Source: Chrysomallon squamiferum (taxonomy: Eukaryota; Animalia; Mollusca). From it: a DNA stretch of 64,000 bases. The number at the start of each line of letters is the position of its first letter. Position 1 is the stretch's first letter. The translations under genes were made by a program, and so were the position numbers. Positions 1 through 17,007 of this stretch are shown here, in pieces. Below the pieces are notes generated by a model, which had not been told where the DNA came from, ran no database searches, and saw nothing but the letters and a program-made list of their open reading frames with translations. The stretch is from assembly GCA_012295275.1 (NCBI GenBank), contig CM022673.1:2170001-2234000 (forward strand), given 5' to 3'.

Positions 1-87
1 AAACTGAAAATGAGACCATTCCACTCTGATTTAAGTGATACAACATTTACATCTTCACAAACCAACATACACATCTGATATTACACA

Positions 88-118
<31 letters not shown>

Positions 119-624
119 ATATTAACGAAGTGTCTCAAAAGTCAATATTTTGAAAAATAACTGGGATTTACGAAAAACTGGCTTAAGACATGAAGAATAT
201 ATTTATTTCCAAGTACTGCCACAAATTACACACAATTCGACATAAACCAGTTAACGTTTTGCAATACAAATTTACTCAAAAAATACATATCTTTACTAGA
301 GCATAGCATTTGTAAAAATACATACTGTGTCACTGAGATAGACACACACACACAAACACACACACATACACACACACATACATACATACATACATACATA
401 CATACATACATACAAACACACACACACACATATACACACACACAAGGATCCATTCTTTTCGAAATATTTTAAATTATAATACGTTATCGTCTGCGGCATA
501 ACATAAATGCATATCTCAAAAAAATGCAGGACACGAGAAGAGTTAATACGCCGACTGCAGCGAGTAACACGTTCAGTAACTTCCACCAAGTTCCCAGCCC
601 ACCCTCTAACAACGTAGATGTGTG

Positions 625-745
625 TTATTTATACAGATCTGCTCGCAGCACGTGATGTTACTTACCTATTCTGCTCTGATTCAGAGGCTGTGGTATGTGG
701 TTGATTCGGCCAGCTTCCCGTTTGCTCAGTGCAGGTTCTGTATAG
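625..745 (+). promoter_or_regulatory. Candidate TATA box and 5' non-coding exon of the lectin gene
   Basis: TATA-like tatttata at ~626-633. Donor-like ag|gtacgt after 745 could splice to the acceptor at 1126. No transcript support. Confidence 0.4.
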
Positions 746-1131
746 GTACGTTGTAGTATTTGTTTTAGAACTAGTTCAGCCAGTTTTCTGTTGGGCGTAC
801 TTGTAATAACGTCGACGTTTGCCGAGTAAAAAGGATTTGGCTTTGGTTTCTGACGTTATCTTCATAGTGAAAGGGATTTATATGTGATTGTTTTTTTCTA
901 AAGGAAAAAACAACAAAACTTCTCGACAATAATATAAATTGGAAAATTAAGTCGGTGCATTTGTTTGTGTGGATATTTGGAAATCCATAACCGTTCTTTT
1001 CTGAGCACCTACCAAAAAAAGGAAAAAAATAAGCAAAACCGGATAATACAACAACATTTTGATATCAGCTATATTAGCGTCAGTGATTTCTGTGAAGAGG
1101 AGTTTCAGAGAAATTTCATTCTGCAGATATC

Positions 1132-1617
1132 ATGGGTCAGGATGCAAGCAAAGGCTCGGCGCACTACACCAGCGTTCCTGGGATGATCCGCCATTGGTCG
1201 AGCGGGAAGTTCATTCATCCTTCCGGCGGCGAAGAGAACCCAGACAACGACACCAAACTGGTCGTGCACGACGCCATCCACGCCAACATGCAGTTCCGCT
1301 TCGTGCAGTTCGAAGACGTCTGGGGCTACATCGAACACGCGGCTAGCGGCAAGGTCGTGCACCCGCAGGGCGGAAGCCACGACCCGGACAACGGCACCAG
1401 TCTAGTGCTGCACGAAGACAGGCACGCGGCGGCTCTCTTCTCCTTCGACTACAGCAACCACCTCATTCAGCACCGCAGCGGCAAGTTCATCCACCCACAG
1501 GGCGGCAGCGTCAGCCCCGACAACGACACGGAGCTCGTGCTGCACGAAGACGTTCACGACGGCATGAGATGGGTCGCTGTGACCAAAGACAACGTGGAGA
1601 CTCCTATATACATGTGA
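1132..1617 (+). CDS. Mytilectin (MytiLec/CGL-like) beta-trefoil galactose-binding lectin, 161 aa, single coding exon
   Basis: Three internal repeats of H-x-x-SGK-x-x-HP-x-GG...PDN-x-T-x-LV-x-H-x-x-x-H, plus WGYIEH. These match MytiLec-1/CGL as recalled (SGKFLHPYGG...TKLVLHSDIH; WGYIKHVASGKIVHP). Acceptor ctgcag ends at 1126, 5 nt before the ATG. GC-rich codons in AT-rich flanks. No signal peptide and no aerolysin-like domain. Confidence 0.93.
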   Translation: MGQDASKGSAHYTSVPGMIRHWSSGKFIHPSGGEENPDNDTKLVVHDAIHANMQFRFVQFEDVWGYIEHAASGKVVHPQGGSHDPDNGTSLVLHEDRHAAALFSFDYSNHLIQHRSGKFIHPQGGSVSPDNDTELVLHEDVHDGMRWVAVTKDNVETPIYM

Positions 1618-1715
1618 TGACGTTTTGTTGTAACAGATGTTTAATAACCATTTCTTCTTCTTCTCTTTTTCTTTTTTTTTTTTTTCTTTTATTATCAATG
1701 TTTGTATTAATTTTG

Positions 1716-1746
<31 letters not shown>

Positions 1747-3804
1747 CTTGTTTTATTAAGGTGACTTGACAGTTTAATAATCTATGAATAGACATTTTAA
1801 TTTTCTTAAAACATCTGCTTTTTTTTTCTTGCTTTTTTTTAAATATTTGTTATTCATCTGCTCTCTAAATATTTTTAAAGCTTAGGTATTGTTTACATAA
1901 ATATGTTACTCATTTGCTTTCTAAATGTTTTCTATGCTTAGGCATTATTCGATAATATAAACTGCTGTTTCACAAACTGAAGTCTTTTTTCCTTAGTTAC
2001 CTTTGTTTAATATTATAAAAATCATGATACATTACTAGAAATATAAAGGATCAGCTTTAGTAATTATTTTACTGATATACAGTTCATAAAATTTAAAATA
2101 AATTTAAATAAAAAAAAAATCTTTAAAGTTGATTGTTATAATATATTATAATTCACAGATATTAAATATAAAAGGTTATCTCTGGCTATATTTTCAGTCT
2201 CTAATGTTTAAATTCTAATCTCGTAGTAAATTCAGTATTAATTATGTTTAAAATCTGAAATAAGGATGACTCGGTTCAGGTTGTACCTAGTTTTGACCTT
2301 TTTAATTCTAGAACACACGAACAGGTAAAACGTGGATTCTCAGTTTACAGAAAAATCTCTTTCATCTCCTGGCAGAGATGGATTCTGACACAACTCAGTG
2401 GAAATCTCGCTCAATGGCGGCTGTGTTTCTCACAGGGTTAAATGTCTGTTTCTAATGCGAACAGATGCAAAACTACAAAATTGTAACGCACGCGCTTAGT
2501 GTGGGAGTGTTTTAATATTAAAATAATTTTATGCTGAGGCCGATTAAGATAGTTGGTAAGATAGTGTGAACATTTAAAAAACAAAAGAATCAAATACCAT
2601 GTCGTAGGTATTTAAACTATACAGGCTATCACATTACTATTAATACTATGGCTGGTACTACTACTACGTCCAACACTAAACCCACAACACTTTTACTTTG
2701 TTGCTGTTACCACTCCTTTCATAGTATTACCAGTGCTGCACTACAATTATTGTCACCACTACTATTATGAATAATAAACCCCTAAAACTATTACTGATAT
2801 TACCCACTGCTCATATAGCGTTATTACTGCTGTACTGCTATCCCATAACTACCATTAGTATCACTACTGCTATTACTACTACTACTACGGCTATATTATA
2901 CTACTACTATTCTGTGATTACTACTACTGTTTTTACTATTATTAATATATACTATAATTACTATCATCATCATCACTTTCTTCTGATTATTATTATTGTT
3001 ATTACCAAGAATAGTACATGCACAATTTTTTATTTCTTTTTTTTTAACTTGCCTATTCCTAATTGCCAAGAATTATTTATAATTTTTTTAAAATAAATCG
3101 ATAAAAAAAAAAAAAAAAATATTTTTCCCTGACTGACTCACTGTTACTTAATAAATGACTTACAGTTCCATCCACATCTGATCTCATCCACTAGGCGTTT
3201 TGAAAGAAATACGGCAATTTGGATTTCGTTCCAATCTTTCACAAAGACCAGCCGCCATCTTTGATTGCATTATCAGACTTTGAAACTCGATCTAGCTAGA
3301 AAGTGTTTATACATCCGGAGCCGACTGAATTGGCACGCAGTCCGCGAGCACCAGTCAATTTGCCTTTCTGCCGTCTCTTCGCGTAACTGCAGGGTATCGG
3401 AAACTTAAGATCCTAACGTGTAACGGGTTGCCATAACCATAACGCTAAACGGAATAACAAAATGCAATCAACCAAGTTATATTACTCTGATTAAAACTTG
3501 ACCATAAATCCAGCAGATAACTGGTCAAATTCATCTGGGAGCTGAAATAGAGAGATCCACACGTTAGACAAGAAAAGGAATAGGTTTTTAATGTGAGGAA
3601 ACTTTCTGCGCGAAAGAGATAATTTATTATTTATGCAAGCTAAAAACGAAATAAAGAGTGTTCTGTTCGTGTAGTAATGATCTGATAGTGCTTACAGTCA
3701 GTGCAAATTCTTGGCTAAATTTATAACTGTTGGACAATAACAGTAGGTATAAATAAACCAGTTTTTTGGTATTACTTACAAAATTTGTAACCATGTTTGA
3801 TTCA

Positions 3805-3891
<87 letters not shown>

Positions 3892-5484
3892 TTCTACATT
3901 CCTCTCTCTCACTCTCTTTCTCTCAGCTCTCATTTTCTGTTTAAATAGTTCATTAAATTTTCTATTTCTATCTCACTCATTCTCTATCTATCTATCTCTC
4001 TATCTACCTATCTATCTATATGTCTATCTATCTTTCTTTCTTTTTTAACTATCTGTGTATGTATCTGTCTTTCTCTCGATTAGATGTATGCATATATTAC
4101 TGAATATGCTAGTATATGTCTGGCTGTGTATATAAGTACACCTGTTAAATAGTATGTCTATTACTGTCTATTACGTATGTATATTATGTACGGCTATATG
4201 TATACAAAGATATTTAATATTGTTATTAATATTTCAGAGCGATCAGTTTTATACAAACAATAAGTTAAGCACGTTCGTGAAATTCTGAGCGCATGTTAAT
4301 AACGAACTCAATATCTGTTCAGTCTATATTGTAGTCTCGCAACAAAAAATCACAAAGAAAAGGAAAATATAATACATGACACTAAGGTTGTCTAGCAACC
4401 ATGGCCTCCATTTTCCTTGTGCGTTACCTTCTTCTTTAAATATCCTGGAAAACACGTGTGATCACTGAAGCGTATGACAGAGAATATAAACAACATTTGT
4501 GTTTAAGAAACCAGTACCTGCCAAAAAGAGAAGTCATGTAAATGTGTTTTAGTAACTTGGACAGAATTTGATAAAAGGGAATTTAATTCAGAATTATGGT
4601 GAGTTAAATTGTGTTTTTAAGTTTCACATAATCCAAACTGATTTAAAAATTTAATTTTTAGTATTCTGAGCTGAAATTTGTTATTTAAAGTTTATCTAAT
4701 TTAAACAGATTCGAAAATATCAAAGTTCGGCTAAACATCTTATTCAAGTTGTTATAAACCTACGTTATATTTTTATTTTATAAGCAATTTTAATAGATCA
4801 CTTTAATTTGATCCAGTTAGTTGTTGTGTGTTAGTAACTAAAAAAAAAAAAAATTAAAACAAATTTACTAATATGAAGTTTCGTTAAGAGAAAGAAGACA
4901 GAAATTTTAAATTAAATGTTGTCTCTAGTTTTTACCAGTAAAAGGATTAATTTTACTTTTTCTAGCACTTTTTAAGAGAGACGTATCTAGTATTAGCCAC
5001 TGAAAGAGTTAATTACATCGCATATTGTTTAGAGTTAGCTGTCAAGAGAGAGAAAGGATAAATATCTTGGTTAAGTATCTCTCTTGAATTTACACGTAAA
5101 AGGGTTAAAGATATTCATTTACTGCCAGATGTTGAGAGAAAAGTGTCTTGTATTGATCAGAAAGAACTAATTAGAAGGAATGTTTCAGGAATGTTTCTTT
5201 AATTTAAAGAACACTAGGTCTTTAAGACAATCTCGGATGAGCAAGTTACAACTGACAAACTGACAGGACAGCTGACACACAGACAGTCAGACAGATCACC
5301 TCTGTCTCACTGATATACTGATTTTCAGAAAAGGAATAAACTAAAGAAACCAAGCAAGGAAACTAAGTGATTGACGGACACACAGACACAGAGAGATCAA
5401 TGAACAATTCACCGTTAATCAAAATAATTGTTATCAGAGACAAACTATCCACACACACAAACAGAAAAAAAATATATATATATA

Positions 5485-5531
<47 letters not shown>

Positions 5532-5794
5532 TAATAAAAAATAATAATAATAATATATATATATATGATATAATATAAATAAATAAATAAATAAATAAAT
5601 AGAAATAACGAATTATTGTATTCAGACATTTTTGATTCCTAACAACAAAATGAATGGACAGTGTGAAACACTATTTCTATAGCCGTAAACATAACAAAGT
5701 AAACTGCGATATGTATTATGTTACATTGGCCTACTTCTTTTCAACAGCAGTGGATTAAATTCTGGCAAGTATTTAAAGGGCTGTACACAGCAGG

Positions 5795-5873
<79 letters not shown>

Positions 5874-6258
5874 ACACATAATACATTTTCTCTCTGACAT
5901 TTATTTTATCTTTCTCTCTGACTGTCTGCCTGTCTTTCTCATTTCTTTTATTTCAGTCTATTTTATTTTAAAATGTATTTAAAGTCATAAATCAACTTTA
6001 TCGAGCGCTGTTTGTGAAACTGACGGATTCTTGGTATGAAGATCAGAAAGAAAACTTCAAAAATATTTTTCATTTGCGCCACTAGTTTTGTGAAGCAAGT
6101 AATTTGTTGATGTGTTTAACCTACTGTGAAATACGTGTCTGCTTCTGTCTGTAGATATGGCACGAACTGGAAACACACAAATAGATTTCTGTTTGACGCG
6201 AATATATCTCTCTCGCTGAATTCGTCTGTATTTGTTTTGAATAATTCTCGATAAAATC

Positions 6259-6294
<36 letters not shown>

Positions 6295-6359
6295 ACTATA
6301 AAATATAACAATAAATAAATATAATACAGTACGTTTATTTATTTATTTATTATTTCAAG

Positions 6360-7037
6360 GAAGAAGAAAACATACCTCAAACGAAACCGGTTACCATTAT
6401 TCTTCTCGGAAAATCTGGACATGGCAAAAGTGCTTCCGGTAACAGCATTATGGGTAATGACGTTTTCGTTTCCGGTTTTTCGAAGAATCCCACAACACTG
6501 TCAGTGCAACAAGAGGAAACAGTTATAAACAAGAGATGCGTGACGGTTATTGACACCCCGGACCCCAGATTACTAACGAGGAAAGACATCCACTTTCTTA
6601 ATAAACTAAACGCTGTATTGCTGCTAGTTTTGCGATGCGGTACAAGAATGACAAAAAATGAGAGGACCAGTATCGACAAATTAAGGACAATTTTCGGATC
6701 CCAAGCTTTCACAAATCGAGGAATTATTCTGCTGACACATTGTGATCTCTTTCCATTGGTGAGAGTTCAAAAGGACACCTCTTTCCTCGATTCGGCATTA
6801 ATGGAGGAATTTGAAAACAGAATTGTGTTCTTAAGCAATAGAGAGGAAAATCACCTGACCCAGATCACTCAGATTGATGACGTAATGATTCTGGTCGACG
6901 ACATTTTACGTAGAGAACTCAATAATGTTAAAAGGAGTATGTCTCTTAAACAGTTATTATGCTGTTTGAAAAGAATAACTCCTACACTTTGTCAGATTAG
7001 CATGAAAATAAAATTTGTTATTGAGTTAATAATATAG
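6360..7037 (+). CDS. GIMAP / AIG1-type GTPase (main exon; upstream exon and start codon not identified)
   Basis: From acceptor tttcaag| the frame reads EEENIPQTKPVTIILLGKSGHGKSASGNSIMG (P-loop G1), then VTVIDTPD (G3), LLLVLRCGTRMTKNE...IFG (AIG1 conserved box), IILLTHCD (G4) and EFENRIVFLSN. Extends ORF 6450..7037 upstream. Confidence 0.88.
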   Translation, partial: EEENIPQTKPVTIILLGKSGHGKSASGNSIMGNDVFVSGFSKNPTTLSVQQEETVINKRCVTVIDTPDPRLLTRKDIHFLNKLNAVLLLVLRCGTRMTKNERTSIDKLRTIFGSQAFTNRGIILLTHCDLFPLVRVQKDTSFLDSALMEEFENRIVFLSNREENHLTQITQIDDVMILVDDILRRELNNVKRSMSLKQLLCCLKRITPTLCQISMKIKFVIELII

Positions 7038-7088
7038 GTAATTTTGTGCTAATATCTTCATAACTTTTAAATATCTTTTTATTTGGAA

Positions 7089-7134
<46 letters not shown>

Positions 7135-7783
7135 AAACATGCACAGGCAACGAATATGATAAAGCTAGCGGATTATGATATGGCTAACACATACATAACC
7201 AGACACGCGTATAAAATAATACAATTTTATATAACCACAGATACCTACAAATAAATATACATTGACAAACCCTATAATGAAGTCTGCAAAGATGGATTTA
7301 AATATAGTGATGTTCTAAGCTTTAGAAAAAGTCCTAACAAAAAATAAAGAAAATTAATCTTAAAGGTCATTTGAGGTTGTGAGACTAACAATAACTCTCT
7401 TAGCTTACGGTTAAATCGAGCTCTGAGCGGGGGACATCTGATATGAAGAGAGCAGAGGTTTTGCGTTCCTGTTTCAGAACACCCTGACATTTGAGTCAAT
7501 AGCTTATCTCCGATCAGCTCAAGAGCCTTCAGCGGTGTTCAGTTGTTAACATCCAAACAGCGTTTAACAGAACTTATCAGTGATATTTTGATCTAAGAGG
7601 AACGTAAGGAAAATCTATGAAGATTACTGTTACTTACAAATGCAGTTTATTTAACTACACTGGTTTTAAGTAAATGTAGCACAGTTTGGTGCACAAAGAA
7701 ATGTAATTCTCAGCGAACTAAAGAAGGCCATTCAGTGTTCTGTGAATATACACTGGCTTTTTAGTGACACGTTTTTATTATTG

Positions 7784-7836
<53 letters not shown>

Positions 7837-7942
7837 TGGACTGACTTTTCTCTTCTTTCTTCTCTTTTCGGTTTCTTTTATTCTCTAAAATTATTTTCTA
7901 CGTATAAATTTTAATTATTGAATTTACCGAAAATGTTTAGGT

Positions 7943-8103
<161 letters not shown>

Positions 8104-8549
8104 CAACAAATTTTGAAGAAAAAAAATACGTGTACTGAAAATCAGTTAGTAAAAATATGATTACAAAAACTTTATTTACTATTTTGATAAAACTACTACT
8201 AATAACAAGAAGAACACACGTTTTGAATAACAACCTTTTAACTTGTCCCTAACTTCATTTAATCTAGAAAAACAGAAAGAAAGTACAAGAAGAAAGAAAG
8301 AAAAATAAAACATAAAAAGAAGGGAAAAAAAAGACAGTTTAAAAAATAAAAATATCAATAAAATGGAGAAATTTTATTTTATTTTGTTTTTCAAATACAC
8401 CAACACATCAATCTGGAATTACTTTTAGTAATTAATTGATTCTGAAATTGAAAACATCACAGACAAAAGCCGGGGGTCGCGAGGTCAGTTCTTTGGTTGA
8501 TTCCAGTTTTTAATTTTCTGATTCGGCAAGCAATGAACGACTATCTGAT

Positions 8550-8926
8550 CAAAGACTGTAACATATGTCCGTTACGAGAAAGTGTAGATGTGTCAAAGAT
8601 TGTAATATATGGCCGTTACGAGAAAGTGTAGATGTGTCAAAGATTGTAACATATGTCCGTTACGAGAAAAGATGTGTCAAAGAGATGTCCGTTGTGTATC
8701 AAAGATTGTAACATATGTCCGTTACGAGAAAGTGTAGATGTGTCAAAGATTGTAACATATGTCCGTTACGAGAAAGTGTAGATGTGTCAAAGATTGTAAC
8801 ATATGGCCGTTACGAGAAAGTGTAGATGTGTCAAAGATTGTAACATATGGCCGTTACGAGAAAGTGTAGATGTGTATACGATTGTAACATATGTCCGTTA
8901 CGAGAAAGTGAAGATGTGTCAAAGAT
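8550..8926. repeat. 44-bp minisatellite, about 8 copies
   Basis: Unit caaagattgtaacatatgtccgttacgagaaagtgtagatgtgt repeated head to tail, with one rearranged copy. Confidence 0.95.
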
Positions 8927-9011
8927 TAGAAATTAGTAACAGCACTGCAACACACACATACTGGAATTTCCTTTAACCGAACTAAACAATTCGGTAAAGT
9001 AGAAACAGCTA

Positions 9012-9064
<53 letters not shown>

Positions 9065-9885
9065 GTTATTATTATTATTAAAGAAAGAAACAGTGTTAGT
9101 ATGTATATATGAATGTATCCATTATCAATTTGTTTATATTTATAAGCCATTTTTGTGACTGATTTGTTGAGTCTCAATAGTACAACAACAACAACAACCA
9201 GAAAAAAAAAAAAAAAAAAGAAAATTAACGCATTTTAATTATTTCCTTGGCTCGAAGCTCTCAGAGCTGATCAAGCTGATCTTATTGACGCTGTTCTGTT
9301 ACGGTGATTGGTTTTGATGTCTCAGCTGCTTCCAGTTTTATCAAGTGATTGGCCATTTTCTGTTAGGTCGTCCAATAACAGGCTCCGTAGCGATCTTGAG
9401 CGTAAAATTTGCACCAGCGATTCCAATTAGTCTGATAACGAGATACCACTCGACAACTGTCGAATCCCAAATAGGTTTTAATCTCGATGAAACGTAAAGC
9501 TGAAACTGTGGTCGCGGGAGAGGACGGTACCTACTAACATCAGCTGGTGCGTAGTTTTGTAGAAGATTCAAGCAGAACGCTTTTTGCATTCTTGTAACAT
9601 ACGTAAAAAATAGCATGTGATGTCTAAGAGGAATCATTGTTTTATACGATAGGCGTAGAAATTTAATATAATAAATCGCTTGATTTTAAAATAAAAAAAA
9701 AAAAATAAATAAATAAAATAAAATGAAAGCTTTCAGAAAAAAATAAATAAATCGTTAAAAATAAAATACGAAAATGAGGTATTTTCACGCCCAAAAAAGA
9801 ATATTGACTTTTTTTTTTTTTCATTTTTTTTTTTTTTAAATTTTACTGTTGTTGTTTTATTTTTGCAGAAAAAACAGAGCATGTT

Positions 9886-13605
<3,720 letters not shown>

Positions 13606-14097
13606 TTTTCATCATAGCTTTAGTTCATCCCTACACATTCTCGTACTGTCAATCCGCTATTGAAAATCCATTCCTCACAAGCACGGTCTCACATAACAAC
13701 ATTTCTGCAACAGCTCTCGTTCACTTTTAACACTCGGAACAGATTTGACCCGCGTTTAAACGATAGCTTACAGCCAATGCGATTAGCGGTTAAATAAAAC
13801 TCAGTCTGTATAGCATTATGAACACATAATCGCCATTTTGTCGATTAAAAAAAAAAAAAAAACATCAGGATGATGTGTCTATAAGAAAGAATGATGATTT
13901 CTGGCGAGAAAATGTCGTCGTCGACCGCCACGTTTAACGTACACATCATTTCAGGAGTTCATATCCTAACTTGTACTGAAATAACGTTGTAAATCCGTCC
14001 TTTCGAGGTAGATCGATTTATTTACGCGTCGAATAAAACAAGAGTTTTCTCCCTTGTATCGTTAGCCACTTGTTTTATATAACAAACATACACACAC

Positions 14098-14129
<32 letters not shown>

Positions 14130-14722
14130 TTGAAATGAATTGTATTATATTCTAACCTGGACCGCCAAAATTCAGCTCCAAACCATTTATTTTATTTTAT
14201 TTTTGTTTTGTTTTGTTATTAACGTTCCAGACATCCAGGTAGACAACTAATACAAATTTCGTTGCAATATAAGTATGAACTGTATGTCTATGTTGGGAGT
14301 TTGAAATTAAATAAATAAATAAATAAATAAAAGAAAAAGGAACAAGGATAATTGTTATACTTTAAAGATGAAATTAATATTAAATACAATTATGAAGATA
14401 AAAATTGTAATTTTTTATTGTTGTTGTTGTTATTATAAATAATGATAAATAGTATGAATTAAAATGTGTATTTTAACGAACGTTTCGAATGTTTATTGTG
14501 AAAAAAAAATATAATGTAGGTTTCTTTCGAATAATAATAAGCAGCGAAAAAAAGAAATGAAGAAAAAAAAGGAGCCAGCAGCGGTATTAAAATGACTTAA
14601 AAGAATGAGCCACCATATTTTCATTTTTCGTTTCTTTATACGTAAATTGTTCCTGTCGTGTTCTGTTACATCAAAACATAAAGCGTGCCCGAGCCAAATG
14701 TTACAGATGTAGTTGTTACAAG

Positions 14723-14815
<93 letters not shown>

Positions 14816-16971
14816 CGCGCGCAGACAAACAGTATCATTATTTTATGATTAACATCCTGACCACTACCATTTTCAACAGCAGTTCGTTCTGAGCATCATA
14901 CAAAACATATTATTTCAACGACGTAGTATTTTGTTGATTATGGTTGACTTGGGGGAAAAGCTACGGTTCAACATACCATGATGTACAAACTGACACGTGA
15001 AGAAAGCTACGATATGACGTAACGTTTTTGGTTCCGCATGAACTGGTTAACACAAATCAGCTTGGTACTGGTAGGATTTGCTACGACTTAGCATAGATAG
15101 CCCGTTGTTCTACAACACGTTAAAACATAGTTTGAGAATTGTAACAAGAACGTCTTTCTTTGTCGTTAACAAACGGAGCGTGATGGGGAGAACAAATGTA
15201 GGTCAAGGGGAACATATTTGTTTAGTAAGAGGTCGTGGGAATGTAACAAAGAAAAACAATTCTTTCTTCTTGCTTGTAATCGAAGTGGATATAATCCCAG
15301 CAAGTAGAAGCTAGTCTGTAGATACGATTTCATTTCTATGGTTATGAAAACTGCGTAGGAATCAAATCATTTGTTAGTAATAACATGCTACTCGCAGTCA
15401 CTGTGTTATTAATAAATTAGGTAACTGAGTTTTAACAGTGTACGTAACACCTTACATCCGTATTTTGGTAATAGCAATACCAGTATTTCTAATGTTTTCA
15501 TATTAATAATAAATATGTTCCCCGTCGAAGCTTTGTTTCGATAATAATTGGCAATGCAGCACTGCAGCTGTATTTCATAATAACAGTACAAGGAAATCCA
15601 GTCTTGCTTGTGATAATAAAGAGTACAGAGCAGGCGTCGGTAACATTTTTCGAGAAGCGAGGCGCGTGAGGATATCAGGCTGGACACACTACAAATGAAA
15701 GTTGTTTTCCCCTTAAAATTAGGCGTGACATTCAGATCGCCCCGCGGGACGCAGTTTGCCCGCCTGTGACTGGAATACGTGATCCTATTTTGAAGCTGTT
15801 TTTATAGTAACAATAGAGTAATTCAACCATGCAGCTGTGTTTTCATTACAACTCTATAGTGTTTACAACCATGCAGCTGTGTTTTCATTACAACTCTATA
15901 GTGTAATCCTGTCTTACAGCTGTATTTATAGTAACAATGACTTTAATCCAGCCTTGCCTCTGTGCTTTCATAGCAATGGTATCTTGTCCAGTCTTTTGGC
16001 TGGGTTTCAACAAATAGGTTACTTGAACTTTGCATTGACGTTTTAATAGTAATAACTGTTATGTTTCCATAGTAATAACCGATGATCCAACCGTATAGTG
16101 TTTCAGTGCTAATAAGAGATGATCTATGTCACGTCTTTGTTGTGATATTAAAAACAGGGTTACCAATATTTCATTATGTTTTGATATTAATAATAATATC
16201 TGCCATTGATGATTTGTTTTTATAATGATACATAATCCAGCTTTCGTTTGAAAATTATTTTATATTTTGTGTTGTATTGTAATTTGATAACGCCTATCCA
16301 CGATATCGTTTAGATGTAGCCACGTTTTGATAAGAGTCATGTTTACAAAACAGGCACCAGATGGCAGGATGTTTTAATTATTATTTTTTGTTATTACTGA
16401 ATCAGGAAATATAATACGATAAAAATAAAATGGCGAACATCTGTTGTAACTGTGCAGTACAATCAAGCAATGTGTCACAGACGAAACCGAGATGGTTCGA
16501 AAGATAATAATTTTATTACAAGCAGAATGCATCTGTTAAACGTTTATGTTTAATCTCCTTCTTGAACTGTATTATTTATTAAGTAGCTTATTATTATTAT
16601 ATATAGTAGTAGTCGCAGCAGCAGCAGCAGCAGTAGTAGTAGCAGCATTACTATTTGTATTTCATTTATTTGTTTGTTTGTCTGTTTCATTAGTTTTACA
16701 ATGACTCCATATTAATGCTTATTATGCCCAACGCCTAGATCCAATAATAAACGTTTTTAGTATGACTACGTGCTAATAAGAGTCAGATGATGCCCCCGTT
16801 TGTTTCGTTTCCTGTTTACTTCGCTACGTGTCAGATGACGTCATTGTTGTTACTTTTTTTTTTTTTTGTAACATGGTGGGTTTCATAAAAATGACTGTCA
16901 TTCCACTGACGTGACACATTATTATCTTGTATAGTTTATAGAAGAAATCCATAACGTCAATGTTACTGGGT

Positions 16972-17007
<36 letters not shown>

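Noticed and set aside
1132-1617. Bacterial contamination or prokaryotic operon suggested by the GC-rich intronless ORF
   Set aside because: It has a splice acceptor just upstream, AT-rich microsatellite flanks continuous with host DNA, and belongs to an animal lectin family.
1059-1698. Overlapping alternative-frame and antisense ORFs over the lectin
   Set aside because: Shadow ORFs caused by GC-rich codon usage; no recognisable motifs.
2767-3096. 109-aa Thr/Tyr/Ile-rich ORF with a hydrophobic start
   Set aside because: Low-complexity (ACT/ATT)n decay, not a credible secreted protein.
8550-8926. CRISPR-like appearance of regular repeats (also 50761-51039 and 61766-62262)
   Set aside because: Units are contiguous with no unique spacers, no cas genes are present, and the context is eukaryotic. 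These are minisatellites.
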